Positions 48,963-62,336 of a stretch of 64,000 nucleotides of DNA are shown here, in pieces (position 1 is the stretch's first letter; each line of letters opens with the position of its first letter). Origin of the DNA: Phoronis australis (taxonomy: Eukaryota; Animalia; Phoronida); assembly GCA_002633005.1 (NCBI GenBank), contig NMRA01000110.1, positions 837,552 to 901,551 on the forward strand, written 5' to 3'. Both the position numbers and the translations under genes were made by a program. The notes beneath the pieces were generated by a model. It was not told the origin of the DNA, did no database searches, and saw only the letters and a list, made by a program, of their open reading frames with translations.

Positions 48963-49418
48963 TTCTTAGGTAAACGAAACATAGCTGCAGGTCGCCCGTA
49001 CTTATTGAACATCACAAGAACACAGCAAGAAGTCCCTCAGACCACATCAAGAATGGCTAATATGGAATACACCGGAGTTGGCGCTCTAATTTAGGCTCGT
49101 TAAAACCCCTTCGAAATTGCAGATGCATTCATCTGATGAGGGTCATTGCCTTCATAAATATCATGAAAGCGTTTCTTTAACAAAAGCACAAAACAAGTTC
49201 CTATTGTCCGCTAGTCTTGCCTGACGTCGCCCGGGGGTTGATTCGTGCAAAACGTTTGTATTATTTCATTCTACGTGTTTATTTTTTGTTTGAACTAAAT
49301 GCGATGAATCCTAGACGGACGTTGCATAAGATCGCAAGACGTATTAGAAAGCGTGAAAAGACCTTGTTATGCATGTATCCCTTTACCGTCTGACGCTAGT
49401 TCTACTCACCTCCTAATC

Positions 49419-49602
49419 ATGGCGAAGACTATTGCAGTTGTTGGCTCGTTTCTGGTCATTTATTTGGTCGGAGTGTTTGCCAGTGACTTGGAAATGGTAG
49501 AAAATGCCTTGGCAGAAGATGGGGATGTCGACTTTAGTGCACGTGATGCAGGCAGCGGGAAATTAGATTCGGAACAACAAAAGCGAGAAAACAAGGAAGA
49601 AT
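49419..49602 (+). CDS. Secreted WxxW/CysD-domain protein, exon 1 (signal peptide, acidic pro-region, KR)
   Basis: MAKTIAVVGSFLVIYLVGVFA...QQKRENKEE; GTAAGT donor at 49603, phase 1. Confidence 0.8.
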
Positions 49603-52436
49603 GTAAGTCCCTAACGGTAACTATTATTGCTAGATCACTCACTTGTCTTTTTATACATTTTACTTTTAAATTAGCAGTTTTTTTGCCCGCTCAAATTTTA
49701 TAAGGCCTATTCAAATCGCCCTTGGGTAGATCTACACTGTACATGTACATGTAAGCATAAATGAAGTTAATCTCGAGAAAACAATACTTCTCAAAGAAAC
49801 CTCGGTTTTAAACATGTTTCATACCGGCTTTTGTTTTTAATACTACAGTCCACTTATTTTTTTTTCTGGCTGGTTAGGAGCTGGTTGCTATCTTTTTATT
49901 TCATTTTGAAACTTGGAGTAGCAAAACAATGGTAAGTCTTGGTCGCTAGCAAAGCTTATAAGTCATTTAATTATGAACCCGTCCCTACTACTTATATTTT
50001 CTCGTTGACTTTAAATCTAGCCATTGTAGGTTTTTAGACGTGCTTCATCACCAGTTGAGTACCGTCAATATTGGGGAATTTTCGCGAATATCAGTGTTCC
50101 GGTTAGCATACATGTACTACTTTCTCGAATAGAATAGTTCGACATGCACTGTGCGATAACCGATGTCTTAAAAGCATTTGACATCTAAGTTGGTTACCGT
50201 ATTTGGTGTGGTGTAGCTCATTTGTATACTATAAGAATAATCTATGTAAAATTGTTAATACATTTTTATGGACGACCTTTATCAATTTCCTGAGTATACA
50301 TGTATCACTACGCACGGTTGTTCATATTCAATCACCATCAATGCTTGAATTTTTTGGCGTATTACTTCATCGATTTTTAAAAATCAAAAACCGTATTTAG
50401 CTGATTTTTTTAAGCTGCATACCGTCGTGATGTTTATTTTGAAAGAAGAATTATTGGTTTATGCATTTCGAAAATCTTGCAGTGCGAACAGACAGATATG
50501 TTTACTTGAGTTTACAGTCCGGTTATTGCACCGTATTGGGCGTTGTTCGCACTGGAGCCGCTCAGAAGGACCAGGGGTAAACATTCCTACATATCCTTAG
50601 AAATGTGTGCCTTCTTTGAGAGCGTATTATTCACGTCAGGTTACCATAATGACACAAATTCTGAAAAAGTTAAAATGAAAATAGTCGATTGGGCTGGAAT
50701 GGGATTGTATTAGTTCCATCTTTAAACTCAACATCTGATAATAATACCGGTTTCTAATAAATTTACCTTTGGATGTGCAGCGGAAGAGATACACAATAAA
50801 TGTTTAGAACAAAAACAAACCAAAAAACAGTAACATCGTGAATAATTTCCATGATGGTGACTTCTTGAAAACTGCTGAAAGTTGAAGTAGGATCATACAT
50901 GTACGATGCCTTCGGTCAGTCTATCACTCAGTTGTTTGCATAATTCATACAAAAGAGTGCCGTTGTTATGGTACTATGGTAGCTTCACTGGCGTACGAAT
51001 AATATGGATGATTTTTCCTTTTATAAACAACTGCAACGTGAACTGAAATAGATACATAGAAGCACATCAACAACCAACAACTAAATAGGAAACGAAAAAA
51101 AAACAGAATATCGTTTACAAAAAACTATACATAACAATAGACGGAGTAGGCCTACGTACTTACAAGAACAGTAAGTTATGTACAAAAATCAGGAATTTAC
51201 AGCTATCAAACATCACGATACCAACATATATTCATCGTAAACACATATGGTTGCGTATGCAGTAACAGTAGTACCCAAGGGCGAAGCGGGTCAGTGTTCT
51301 ACGGCTGAACATCTCGTGTCATCAATCAATCGGTTTTACCTAGTCTCCGTGAATTCATAGCACAACAATTACGTGCAACTGCAATACTTATGACCATTAA
51401 TCACAAGAAATGTCTAGAAATTATTTCAAATTAATTCGAACAAGTCGGACCAGAATCCAATTCATGGGCGTGTCGTTAACGTCCACAGCCCCACACGCGA
51501 ACGCTGATTTTAAACTTTGTCATTGCCCTCAGCCACTGAGACCGTTGAGTATTTTGGTTGGTTATTGACCATGTGCTGAAAACCAAGGCAGTTGTAGGAT
51601 TGTTTAATGATTATGTTTGCGGCCCATTGTAGTGTTCAATGATTGTGGCAGTTTAATTAAAGCAGTGTTCAATTTGGGAAGGTGTAGGTCGCTAATGCAA
51701 TAGAAGGTTTGATTTTCGACCCCATAAAAAGCTCAAAAAGCACGGAGTCGATAAGCGCATAGGGTCAAGCGCTCAAAATTTTACTGGAAGTCGAGGGTCG
51801 GAATGGTATGGCAAAAGCCGTTCGGGCATATTCATACATGTACACATGTACGTGTATTTTGATCCATGCTAAGACAACGCGGACGTATCAGATTGGCACA
51901 CTAAAATTGTGGGGCTATAGGGCTCCGTCCCCTGTGGTGTAACGCCCGAATGCCATGGGCGGCGCAGCACTGAAGAAAGTGGAGCTAACCACGCCCCCCC
52001 CCAGCCCCATATGATGCGCCGTTCACGTTACTGCCAGGAAGGAGGTGATCTTCCATGGGATAATGTAGCCAATATGTAACTAGCCGTCACCAAGTACCTT
52101 GTAGACCTACTACTAATTTTCCCTTCGACCAAACTAAAGATACACGAGCGATCCCCTGTATTCCGGTGGATTTTGCTCAGTATAAATTTTCTGCTTATCC
52201 ATATAGTCAGTCGTAGGCGTTGAAGTTTGTAGCTTTCAAATTCTTCGCGACCTCGGCTGCAACTGGCTCCCTATTCAACAATGGTCTCCACAGAATTGCA
52301 TCGGCAATTCTCAACAATTGTCGGTGACTCAACGTTACGTACACCAGACGTAATTTACCTAACGAAGTTCAGAAGCGCGGGAGATACATGTTCGATAAAA
52401 CGCCATCATATTGCAGGCAGCAAGCCAAATTGCCAG

Positions 52437-52660
52437 GGGACCGTTCCAAGCGTTGGCTGAATTTCATCGTTAACTTAAGTTTAAGATATTTATCAACTTC
52501 CAAACTTGAAATTTCCATATCCTGTACGCTAATTGGACTTTAGACAAAGCTTTAGTCAAAATCTAATCATTCGGACCATTTTCTTGGAACGGACTTAAGC
52601 CAAACTAAAGTTGCATCTTAAAATTTAAGATTTACCTTAGCTAAGCCTTGGAACGGCTCC
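52437..52660. mobile_element. Paralogous copy of the CAG-flanked MITE
   Basis: CAG|GGGACCGTTCCAAG ... CTTGGAACGGCTCC|CAG at the same position in the duplicated intron. Confidence 0.65.
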
Positions 52661-52941
52661 CAGGTTCGAAACTCCAAAATCATTGAGCCGGGTCAGATGA
52701 TTTACCTTCTAGCAAAAACTGCTAGTGACTGGCGATAAATCAACAAACTAAGAAGTTTGAGTAGTGTTGCAGCTCTATTCAGGAAGGCACAATCTCTCTG
52801 AGCACGGGTACGCACCTTCATGGGATGGTCAAATAGCATAGCATGTTTTGTACCATTTCAAGCGGTATCGGAGCCGGTAATGGTTCTAGTACTGTTCCGG
52901 TACCGCTCCAACACTGTACTTGAATATTTTGTTTCATATAG

Positions 52942-53021
52942 GTGACTGCACAACCTGGACTGATTGGCTCAACAATGGTAACTGGAGACGTGTCGGAGAT
53001 TTGGAAACACTGGCTTTATTT
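52942..53021 (+). CDS. WxxW/CysD-domain protein, exon 2
   Basis: TTTGTTTCATATAG acceptor, GTAAGT donor, phase 1 to 0. Encodes (C)DCTTWTDWLNNGNWRRVGDLETLALF, containing WxxW and GDxE motifs. Confidence 0.85.
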
Positions 53022-56000
53022 GTAAGTTCTGTTCGAACACAGAGGTCATTTTGTATAAATTAACTTTGTAAAAGCACTTGTCCAACATTGTACCTTTCTA
53101 CCTTAATCACGTGGGATGTACGCTAACCACCAGTACAAAAGTTCGAATTACAAACCCCTTTTCTATACATGCTGTAAACTTTCTGGTTAAACGAGATAAG
53201 TGTCGATTTAGAGAAATCTTCTCGAACTTAATGTCCCCTAGCTGGCGAGTTTCATCAACATTCTAGCCCCACAAGTGAGCTGGTTACCAAAGGAGTGACT
53301 ATATTCACTAGATCACAGAAGTAGCGTAAGTACTTTTTCTGATCAGGTCATATCCAAAATAGAAGGCTTGAAACTATCCAGAGTACGTACTATTCCATTT
53401 TCTTTTTGGGACATGGAAACAGATGGACATAATAGCGATTTTGTCAGCAGAACCACGCGCCTCCAGCCATTTGCTGGAACTCAGTTCCTAGCATGCCTTA
53501 CATGTATATGCAATTTATATTGTGTCGCAAACTCTCATGGACTGCGGAACTGAAAAAAGAATAAAACCAAATGCAAGGATGCACTCTGGTTGGCAGTCCA
53601 CTCGCTCCTTATTCCGGTTTTCTGTTATCAGTCAGCTCATCACTTTCAACATCGTATTGTTGAATCTCATAACGACGTTTTATCTTCCTTCCTACACGAG
53701 GGGATGTAAAATGCCATCACTTTACAATGTGATAAATTCCATTCTCAGATTCCAGTGTCTGAACAATTTACTTTTGGGTTGTTACAGGGGAGTATTTTGA
53801 CCCATCGCATGTTCACTTAATTCTGATTGTGACGTGCTTATTTATGGGAATGCTTTTCAGTAATCATGTTTGAAGGAGTCGTTTAGAGGGTGTAATGGTG
53901 GGACCATTTGTATTGTCACATTTAACTTTTCAGATATAGATTTCGTTAGAAACGATTTTGCATTGAACTTATTTCTGCATTTCTCGTATGGCCTAAAAAT
54001 ACTTCTTGAGTGCGGACACCTGTGTTCAGTAGCTACCATAGCGACATCGTTAAAAAAAGATTTTGGTGTAGAAATATATAAGAACGTAATTCTTTTAAAT
54101 GCTCCACTGATCCCTAGAACTGTATTAACACGAAATGATAATTGGCCACTATTGGTTTGTAGAGATGTGTCAAAAATGTGCGCTGCTATGGCAAAACAAT
54201 GACCACCCCACTAGCGGAAAAGGGGATGACGAAGAACGAGAAGTAAGTATTGTTTCAACGATTATCACAACTGCTTTATCTTGGTTGGTAACGCAAACCG
54301 GTTCAGTAAGTTCTGTTTGAAAATTGGAAGGTAGCGGTATTAGGTGAGCTGCCTTGCTAACATTGCAATGGCAAGGGCTTGGACGAAATGGGATTGTTTG
54401 AACATTGATGAAAAGTAGTGTAATTAGAAAACTAATTAGATTAATGACACATTTTCTTTCATAAAACTCATTTGGCGTTCATACTTGTTCGTCAAACAAT
54501 CAACACATAAGAAAAATGTTTACCCCCACATATGTGTGAACTTATGATCTCAAAATGACTCGATAATTAACACCCACATATCCCGAATGCAGTGCTGATC
54601 GAAAATCTCTTCCCATGGTACGCGGCTAGACCGCGTCAGGGTTCGGGTTCCAATGCACGGTTAGACCGATGCTAGTACATGTCCAGCCTTCGCCTGGGCG
54701 TGAATAATCCGCAGAAAGTGCGGATCAAGAAAAGCATGCCTGTCACTAGAAATACCGTGGGTAAGTAAGCGTACATGTATGACAAATGATTACGTGTCTG
54801 TATAAACATCTAGTAAAGATCACATTTATGGAGGGATGATAGATGTACACGTGCAATAGGCGATGTAATGTTGATAAGTAATGGCGCTTAGGGTGAGATG
54901 CTGCAATGTATCACCGACGTTTTTGCTTAATTTTTCCAACCTTTTCTGATACCCCGGCGTGATTGCAATTTTACAACTGATTATTTAACACACTGGATCC
55001 GTGAGAACGGCACGTGATTGAGATGTGTGTTGATGCACTGAGTTAAATATTAATGAAATAACTGTAACTGTCTTCCTCGGACACGGCACCTATTGTATTT
55101 TAGACATAGTACGGTAGCTTTTATTTCTGATAGAGATTTTGAGCGTTTTTGCTTTGCGGCACACCGTCAAACTTTCCTTACAAATTTTGACGTCGGCAGT
55201 GTCCTCCGCTGTATAAGTTAAACACAGATCAGTAGCGAGTGGAAAATGGAAATATCTGTGCTTCTAAATAATTCGTTATTGTTGTACCAGTGTCTTTCCG
55301 GAGAAAGATACACCGCAGCTCCTGTTTAGATTTTCAGACGTGGAGAACACTGATGTAATGGAATAACAATTCACTGGAAAATTAAAAACAAATACAACAG
55401 TTTTGTAGTATGGGATGGAGACTGAAGGGAAACGAAACATGAAAATGAACGCAGAACTAGCTTGTCTGTCAGTAGGTACTTGCTGATATTAACATGTGTA
55501 AATACCTTCCGACAATAATAGCCTGAACAGTTCATTGAGCAAAACTGACTTGAAGGAAAACTTCTTTGTCTTCCCGGTTAGCTGTGCCGTCACGGTCAGT
55601 AAAGGTATTAGTGCCTGATTCCTAGGGTGCAGGGAATCAATGACTTCAGAAATGCCACAGAATGCCATATCAAGACGAAATAATAAAAATCGGTGCGGCG
55701 TTTTACTGGAAGCCCAATATATGTATATATCTAAGTTAGAGCAACGACTCGGCGGATATAAGTAGCCTTTGAATCTAAACCTTTGCCTTATCTCAGTTAA
55801 TAGCAATTTCTTTCAACAAAGTCCTCAATTCTCAATTCAAGTGAACAGAGCCAGTGATTTCTAGGCAGTGTTGTCCAATACGACAAGCACGACGGCCTGA
55901 ATTTTCGGACTGAAATGTTAATTTACATGTTTTTCACGTTTGTTATTTGGGCTGCCTTGACTCTCTTGAAAATCAGAGAAAGGTGGGAAATTGGCGGCGC

Positions 56001-56914
56001 CCGGTTATGTTACGGGAGTGCCAGTTCCAAGTCTCTAAAGTAGTTTCCAGTGAAACGCATCACAGATTTTGATTGTTTATGAATATTTCTTCTTTTCATG
56101 ACCTGTTTGTCACAAGTCAAACAATCATGACATTTGAAAATTTCACGTGCCCTCTCCATGAAGAAAAACCCATTGAAAATGATGCGTGATCACAAAATTC
56201 CGATTCCTGAACTTGACGGGGAACACGAAGCCAAGTTCGCGAAATTATTCATGTAAGCTGCACACGACATGAATTATCAAGAGTCCCATGCACTGGAATA
56301 TGTCATTGAACTTAATAATTGTGGAATACTTCAGTTAATAAAAGTTTCAGTGTCAACCCCATTCATTAGAGCCAAAACATTCGCGATTACTTTGCCGTTA
56401 CTCTACAGGTTAGAAAATCACCACCTCGATAGCACTTAATGAGATCAGAACAGGTGATAGTGACCATGGACTTCAACTTGTATCATGCAACATTCATATC
56501 ACTCGAAGTCAGTCCTTCACCCGTTCGCCATCCTGCAACTCTCCCAGCTAGTCGTCGTCAAATGATACATCTGATTTAGCACTCCCTCGAAAATTATTGC
56601 GTTCAATGTAATACAATAATATTCGACATAAAAAGCACAAACTTGACAAAAACTGGCGAGTAAACATGAGTGCTGGTTCAGTTGTCAGTGGTAGAAGGAG
56701 TGACCCTCCCCAGCGGATATTAAACGCCTCAATAAACGCGGTAGATGTACATGTACAACCGATGTCCAGTCTCGTGTCAACATTTGACCTTGTAGTAAAC
56801 ACAAAATACGGTAATCAGCTACTCTTTAAAGTGAAAGCTATAAAAAGCATTTAAACATACGGTGTTGTACATAAAATAATAGATATAACTCTATTTACAA
56901 AAAATGCGTCATAA

Positions 56915-57937
56915 ATGAATTTCCTCGAGGTCCCCAAAGAAATCAAAAAACAAGCATACCAAACGGCATCTCAGACAGCTCTTAGATGTAGCTATACAAT
57001 ATATTTATCAAGAAATAAGCAATTTACAGAATGGCAACTCTGCAACATTTCTAAGCCCAAGATTGAAACACAAGTAGCTACTTCGTCATCCCCGATACCA
57101 AGGAAGACAAACAAAAAATCAACAAAAGATAAAAGATTTGGTCTTTGCAATATTGGAAACACGTGTTTTGTGAACTCTACACTTCAAGCTATCTTTTCAT
57201 GCAACCTCAACTGGCACAAATACAATATCAACAAGAAAAACAATATGAAAACCATCCTTGTGAACACATATGAAGCAACTAAAAGGTATACATCAACTCC
57301 GTCTGAAATTTTGAATAAACTAAGATTACAGAACAACTCTCTTGGCAACGGAAGTCAACAGGATGCCCATGAATTTTTACTATGGTTACTGAACCAATGG
57401 CACGTTGACACACTTGCTCACAACGCTGATAATGTAACGTCTGAGGTTACTAGTACCTTCCAACACGTGAAGAAGCAAACTAGGAGCTGTAATAACTGCA
57501 CAACAACAAAGGAAAAAACACAGATAGACTGGGAGTTGACCGTCTACCTCCCAACGCTAAGGAAAGAAATAACTATGCAGGAGTTGTGGCACAGCTTGTG
57601 GACGTCGTTGGACATCGAGGACTTTAGTTGCCCAAACTGTAATAGTCTCAGTGGCCAGCTCACATGGTCATTAGTAAAACCGCCAAAATACCTTTGTATT
57701 CATATCTTACGTACCGCGACTAATGGTGAAAAAATCAACACAAAGATTTCCTCGTATGACCTCTCCGGCTACAAAATAAAAGCAGTCATTGAACACCATG
57801 GAAGAAAGACGACGGGTGGTCATTATACATGCTGTGTTAAATCGTCAGCATGGGAATGGATAAATTTTGACGACTCTACAGTCACAAGTACATCCAAGCC
57901 TCCCCAGGATGCCTACATTGCAATATATGAATTATAA
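56915..57937 (+). CDS. Intronless ubiquitin-specific protease (peptidase C19/USP) ORF, probably the 3' end of a non-LTR retrotransposon ORF
   Basis: Cys box GLCNIGNTCFVNSTLQAI, QQDAHEFL, CxxC..CxxC zinc finger, PPKYLCIHILR, His box VIEHHG..TGGHY, WINFDDSTV, AYIAIYE. The N-terminal 40 aa resemble an RLE-element tail. Confidence 0.88.
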   Translation: MNFLEVPKEIKKQAYQTASQTALRCSYTIYLSRNKQFTEWQLCNISKPKIETQVATSSSPIPRKTNKKSTKDKRFGLCNIGNTCFVNSTLQAIFSCNLNWHKYNINKKNNMKTILVNTYEATKRYTSTPSEILNKLRLQNNSLGNGSQQDAHEFLLWLLNQWHVDTLAHNADNVTSEVTSTFQHVKKQTRSCNNCTTTKEKTQIDWELTVYLPTLRKEITMQELWHSLWTSLDIEDFSCPNCNSLSGQLTWSLVKPPKYLCIHILRTATNGEKINTKISSYDLSGYKIKAVIEHHGRKTTGGHYTCCVKSSAWEWINFDDSTVTSTSKPPQDAYIAIYEL

Positions 57938-59388
57938 ACCAACAAAGGAAATCAACATAAAAAATATGGCGCAATTTCAACATCAACGTCGCATATCACA
58001 TCTGACGCAGCCAAGTCAAGTTATTTTTTGAAATTCATACTGGTACGGGAATTGGGGATAGTTAGGCCTATAAAAGATCTTTAACCCAGCCGCAGAGCGT
58101 CTAAAGCCGCGCACCGTACCAGTGACTGCTGGCAACTCATCGGGACTCAACTTTAACATCTTTCGCCGCAGAGATAACAACTCTTGGGCTGTCTCCGGTG
58201 AGTCCATTCTTTGTTGAATGATGTTTAGATAAATTCAATCTGAGATAGAAAGCCAGTTGGCTGTATAAAGACTATCGTCAACGTAGCCGTGTGTTGAGCT
58301 TCATTAGACACCGAAAGTTGACCCAACCCGGCTAGCTCAGCTCGTCACCTCGTCGCGAAACTTTTATTTATCGTAATCTATTTTGCCCGGGATACGCCAC
58401 GAGCTATGTTGCAGAGTAAAACAAGACGAATGATGTCATTTATTATTACGTAAATAGATAAAACTAAATACATGTAAGACTCTGCTAGATGGGCATGGAC
58501 AAAAGGCCCACCGGATGTAAAATGAATAGCCCTGAAAAATGGAACCAAAACAAAAGAACTGCCTGAAGGGTTTAAAGGAAAAATTTAATTAATATGTAGA
58601 TTTTACGAACGCCGGGGATGCATGCAGAATCTGGTAATTAATCAAGATTCACCCCACCTCTTACAGCCGTCACGGTTTATTGAAGTAAAAAACAATCTAA
58701 TAAAAATTATTTTTGCGTAATTTTCCGCCTTCTGTAACAAAGAAAAATTTGAAAACAGTGCATAATCGTGACACGCACCTTTTTCCAAAATTTTGCGACA
58801 TCTCTCGAGAGTTTGTTATGAAACCGGGTATAGTGCTATTAAATACTAAAAACTTATTGAAACCGAATTCGATTGTTAGGACACGTATTCAGCCTCACAG
58901 TTGATCGAAGAATCGGGGAAATTGGCCAATAGGTGGTGCAATGGCGCCCAAAGCCGACGCGAGTGACCTCATCACAAATTTAGCAGCAGAATAACGGTGG
59001 ACCGCCAATTTTTCCAACACCGGTGAATAATCAAGTTTTTCGGAAAGGGGTATATTTAATGACATCATAAATTTTGGCGACGGCAGTGCCAATTAATTAT
59101 ATACCCAACAGAATCTGGAGCATGGACTGACGTCACGTATGCCAGTACGAAACGGGCCACCCTTCCTCCGCCTCCGCGAAAAAAAAACAACCGGCGTGAA
59201 AAAAAGAACAGCTCAAATCTATCTAGGGGTCGGTGCACTATCTGGGGCCAAGGCGGTGCCTGAGGGGGCAACGAAGGTCTGTATAAGAGCGGGGGAGACG
59301 GAGTTTGCGCGAACAATGCATTTTATACAATATAGTGTTCAATTTTGTGGCATTTTTGAGAAAATCTCATGCGTCAACGCATTTCCAG

Positions 59389-59620
59389 GAAAAGGTCTGC
59401 AATGGCGAAACTCCTATTGATGCCTACTGCACAGATGGAGCTACATGGTCAGGAGAAGGCTTGGAGCCCTTGGTGTTTAACCAATGGACTTCCTATCGCG
59501 CTGCAGACAGGCTTGTGCGTGGGAGAAGGTGCAGCCCTCGGCGTGGACTGAAGTGCCTGAACAGTGATAACAAAGAGACTTGTAATGAATACAAAATCAA
59601 TTTTTGTTGCTTCAGTGGAC
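59389..59620 (+). CDS. WxxW/CysD-domain protein, exon 3
   Basis: TTTCCAG acceptor, GTAAGT donor, phase 0 to 1. VC...PIDAYC...C....GLKCLN.DN..TCNEYKINFCC fits the C-terminal half of the Mucin2_WxxW domain. Confidence 0.85.
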
Positions 59621-60029
59621 GTAAGTTATATAGGCTAAATTATAACCTCTGTTCGTCCTTGGAAAGTGCTTGGATTATATTACTAAATTTTCCTCGATCT
59701 GGACCCCTCCCAGTCATTCTGTTAATGTAGCCCCATGCAATGTACTTGTAAATGCATTCTGCCTCCAATGTTCTTAAATCGAATTATCAATTGGATTTTT
59801 GTTTTGACTGCCATCAGTAAGTAGACGAATGTGTGGAAGTTCGTCATGAGTACATTGGATTAAGAGTAAACACAATCATTGCCATATGATCACCACGTTC
59901 AGGTTTAAAATTTATAAACCGTTCTCAGATGATGCTGGTATCTTAACTGATTCCGATTATTCGATTCTAAAGTACGATCTACATGTATAATGGGGATTTG
60001 CTGGAAAAACTTGTATTCTTATTTACATA

Positions 60030-60178
60030 CATTTTATATAAATACACATACATATACACACACGCGCGCGAGTGCGCGCGCGCACACACAAACACACTCA
60101 CACACACACACACACACACAAATATATATATACAAATACATGTAAATGTACACACACTCAAATACACACTTACACAAC

Positions 60179-60229
<51 letters not shown>

Positions 60230-60295
60230 ACGCGCGCGCGCATGCACGCACGCAGGCACATGTATATATACATAGGTATTTACATGTATACACGA
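60030..60295. repeat. (CA)n-based compound microsatellite
   Basis: Direct reading. Confidence 0.97.
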
Positions 60296-62336
60296 TGACG
60301 TCAGGTGTTACGGAAATGTATGAATACCATAACCAATGAGCGTGCTTCGGAGAGTTCTTACACTCTCTGAGATTGGGTGTCGTAAAATACATGATGTTTT
60401 TTTAGAATTCCAAAACACCAACATTAATGGCATGCAACGAGCTACAAGATAAATACCCAGCCAAAAGAGGTCACTCTTATTCACAAATAAGGTCACGTTA
60501 ATGTGAAAATATAATTAGTAGACAATTGAGTGTAAGTTCATCCCATTTAACATATGCTATTCCTTACGTAGGAATCAAATTTGTGCATTTAGGAAAACTC
60601 AAACTTTTCTGGAATTGCAAAAAAATTTACTCACGACAAATTGGTAAAACTTCAGGTAAACTTGAAATCCAATGTCCAATCCAGGTCCCACAGCGTGATA
60701 ATGTTTCTCGATGAATCTTTCAGCGAAGTCATGGACAAGTTGGTTAAATCGTGATAGACCAATTTATTCCGGCGATTGGGAAGGTACATACGGGTTTCGG
60801 GTGAGTGTTTCTGAGTGAAATAAACTGCCAGGCCTCTTCTTATAAATTAAGGATAATATCTAACCTTATTCATAAAAATTGGCCATTTTTACAATATTTC
60901 AGATGTGTCTATAAAATACCTTATCTTCATTCTCGGGGAACTTCAAATACAGAATCTATACCGCGTAGTGAGAAAAAAAAAGAATTTAGCAGAACCACCT
61001 CGGAACCGCACGACCGCTTGGATATTTGTTTTTCTACTTATCCAAGATCAAAGTATAAGGGCTTTCGATCAAATCGAATCTCCCGCTAGGCACAGAACAG
61101 CTTCGTGTACCCTCAGCTCTTTCATTCACAAAGTCTCCATAATGTCGAGCCAACGAGGTGCACTTATGATCGAATGGTGCCGAGACAAAGACAAAACGTA
61201 TCTTGATCCTATGGGAGTTGTGCGTCTACTTGCGTACGACCGTTAGCGTTGCAAAGTAATGATATGAGTCGCATCAGGACTCTGTGGTCACGAACACAGC
61301 AAGTTGTGAAAAGAGATAAATTTCCACCATAATTCCTTAATTCAATTAATAAGTTGACATTTCGATGTTTCGATCCGATGCTAATAACGTACTTTAACCA
61401 CCGATTCGATTTTTTGTTATCCATTTCTTACTCGGTTTCCTATCAGTCTCCTAGCATGTGACGTGTACAGGATAGGTGTATAACAATGAACTGTCACGTA
61501 GAATGTACTTAGAAAGTAGCTCGTAAACAACACTAAAAGTTGGGAACGATAAGTCTGTTAGTTTGAAGTTTTAAGAATAATTAAGTTAGTTACGCTGCAA
61601 AATTCAATTGACATTGCGAGTGAACGATAAAATAGATAACATAGTTAAAGCCTGTATAGATTATGTGTATCGAAACCAAGTTTTAACCAAATAATTAACC
61701 GAAGATTTTGACATTAGTTCTCGAAAACGGCTTGGTGGACTTAGATGAAGCTTTCCAAACTTAATATTTAGTCATCAATCTGAAAAACGGTGTTAGGATT
61801 TTTGATATAAAAGCCTAGTTTTCGCATAATTTGATAAAGACGAGTACGATTTCAACTTTTTACAAACATACCTTACGTTTTGCGAGTTGATTTGTTATAG
61901 AAACCAAACGAACAGACTAATCGGAAATTTCTAATAGCGTTTTTGAGGAAAGTGGTGAAGTTTTCATTAAAAAAATGTTTCATGAAAATCGACCGAGGGG
62001 TCATTTTGCTATGAATGTACTAATCTTAAAAATTTTGAATTACATGTAAACATGTTTTTACGTAAAAATAATAATGGAATACAAATACAAAAAGTATACT
62101 TTCCTGGTCTTTGATCTTTCAGAAAATAAATACTTTTACTAGTTGATCAAGCTAAGTATTTTGGTATGCTCGTTAGAAAGCAGGCCACTAAATAAGGTTG
62201 GACATAACCTTAAGTTTTATGTGGCCTACCATTCAGATACAACGTGTTGCCGTATTGTTAAATTATTCAAATACATGTGTATTAACAAAACCATACGTTT
62301 TATTCAGTGAATACCTCTTTTTCTCAAGCACATGTG

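Noticed and set aside
54615-54700. B-box-like GGTTCGGGTTCC suggesting a tRNA or SINE
   Set aside because: No cloverleaf, clear A box or tail could be built.
58016-58207. 63-aa minus-strand ORF next to the USP
   Set aside because: Short, with no motif and no splice support.
58380-59340. CACTA-like terminus (TATAGTG at ~59337) and GC-rich segment
   Set aside because: No matching opposite terminus or TSD found.
59979-60339. His/Thr-rich and Cys/Val-rich ORFs
   Set aside because: Artefacts of the (CA)n microsatellite.
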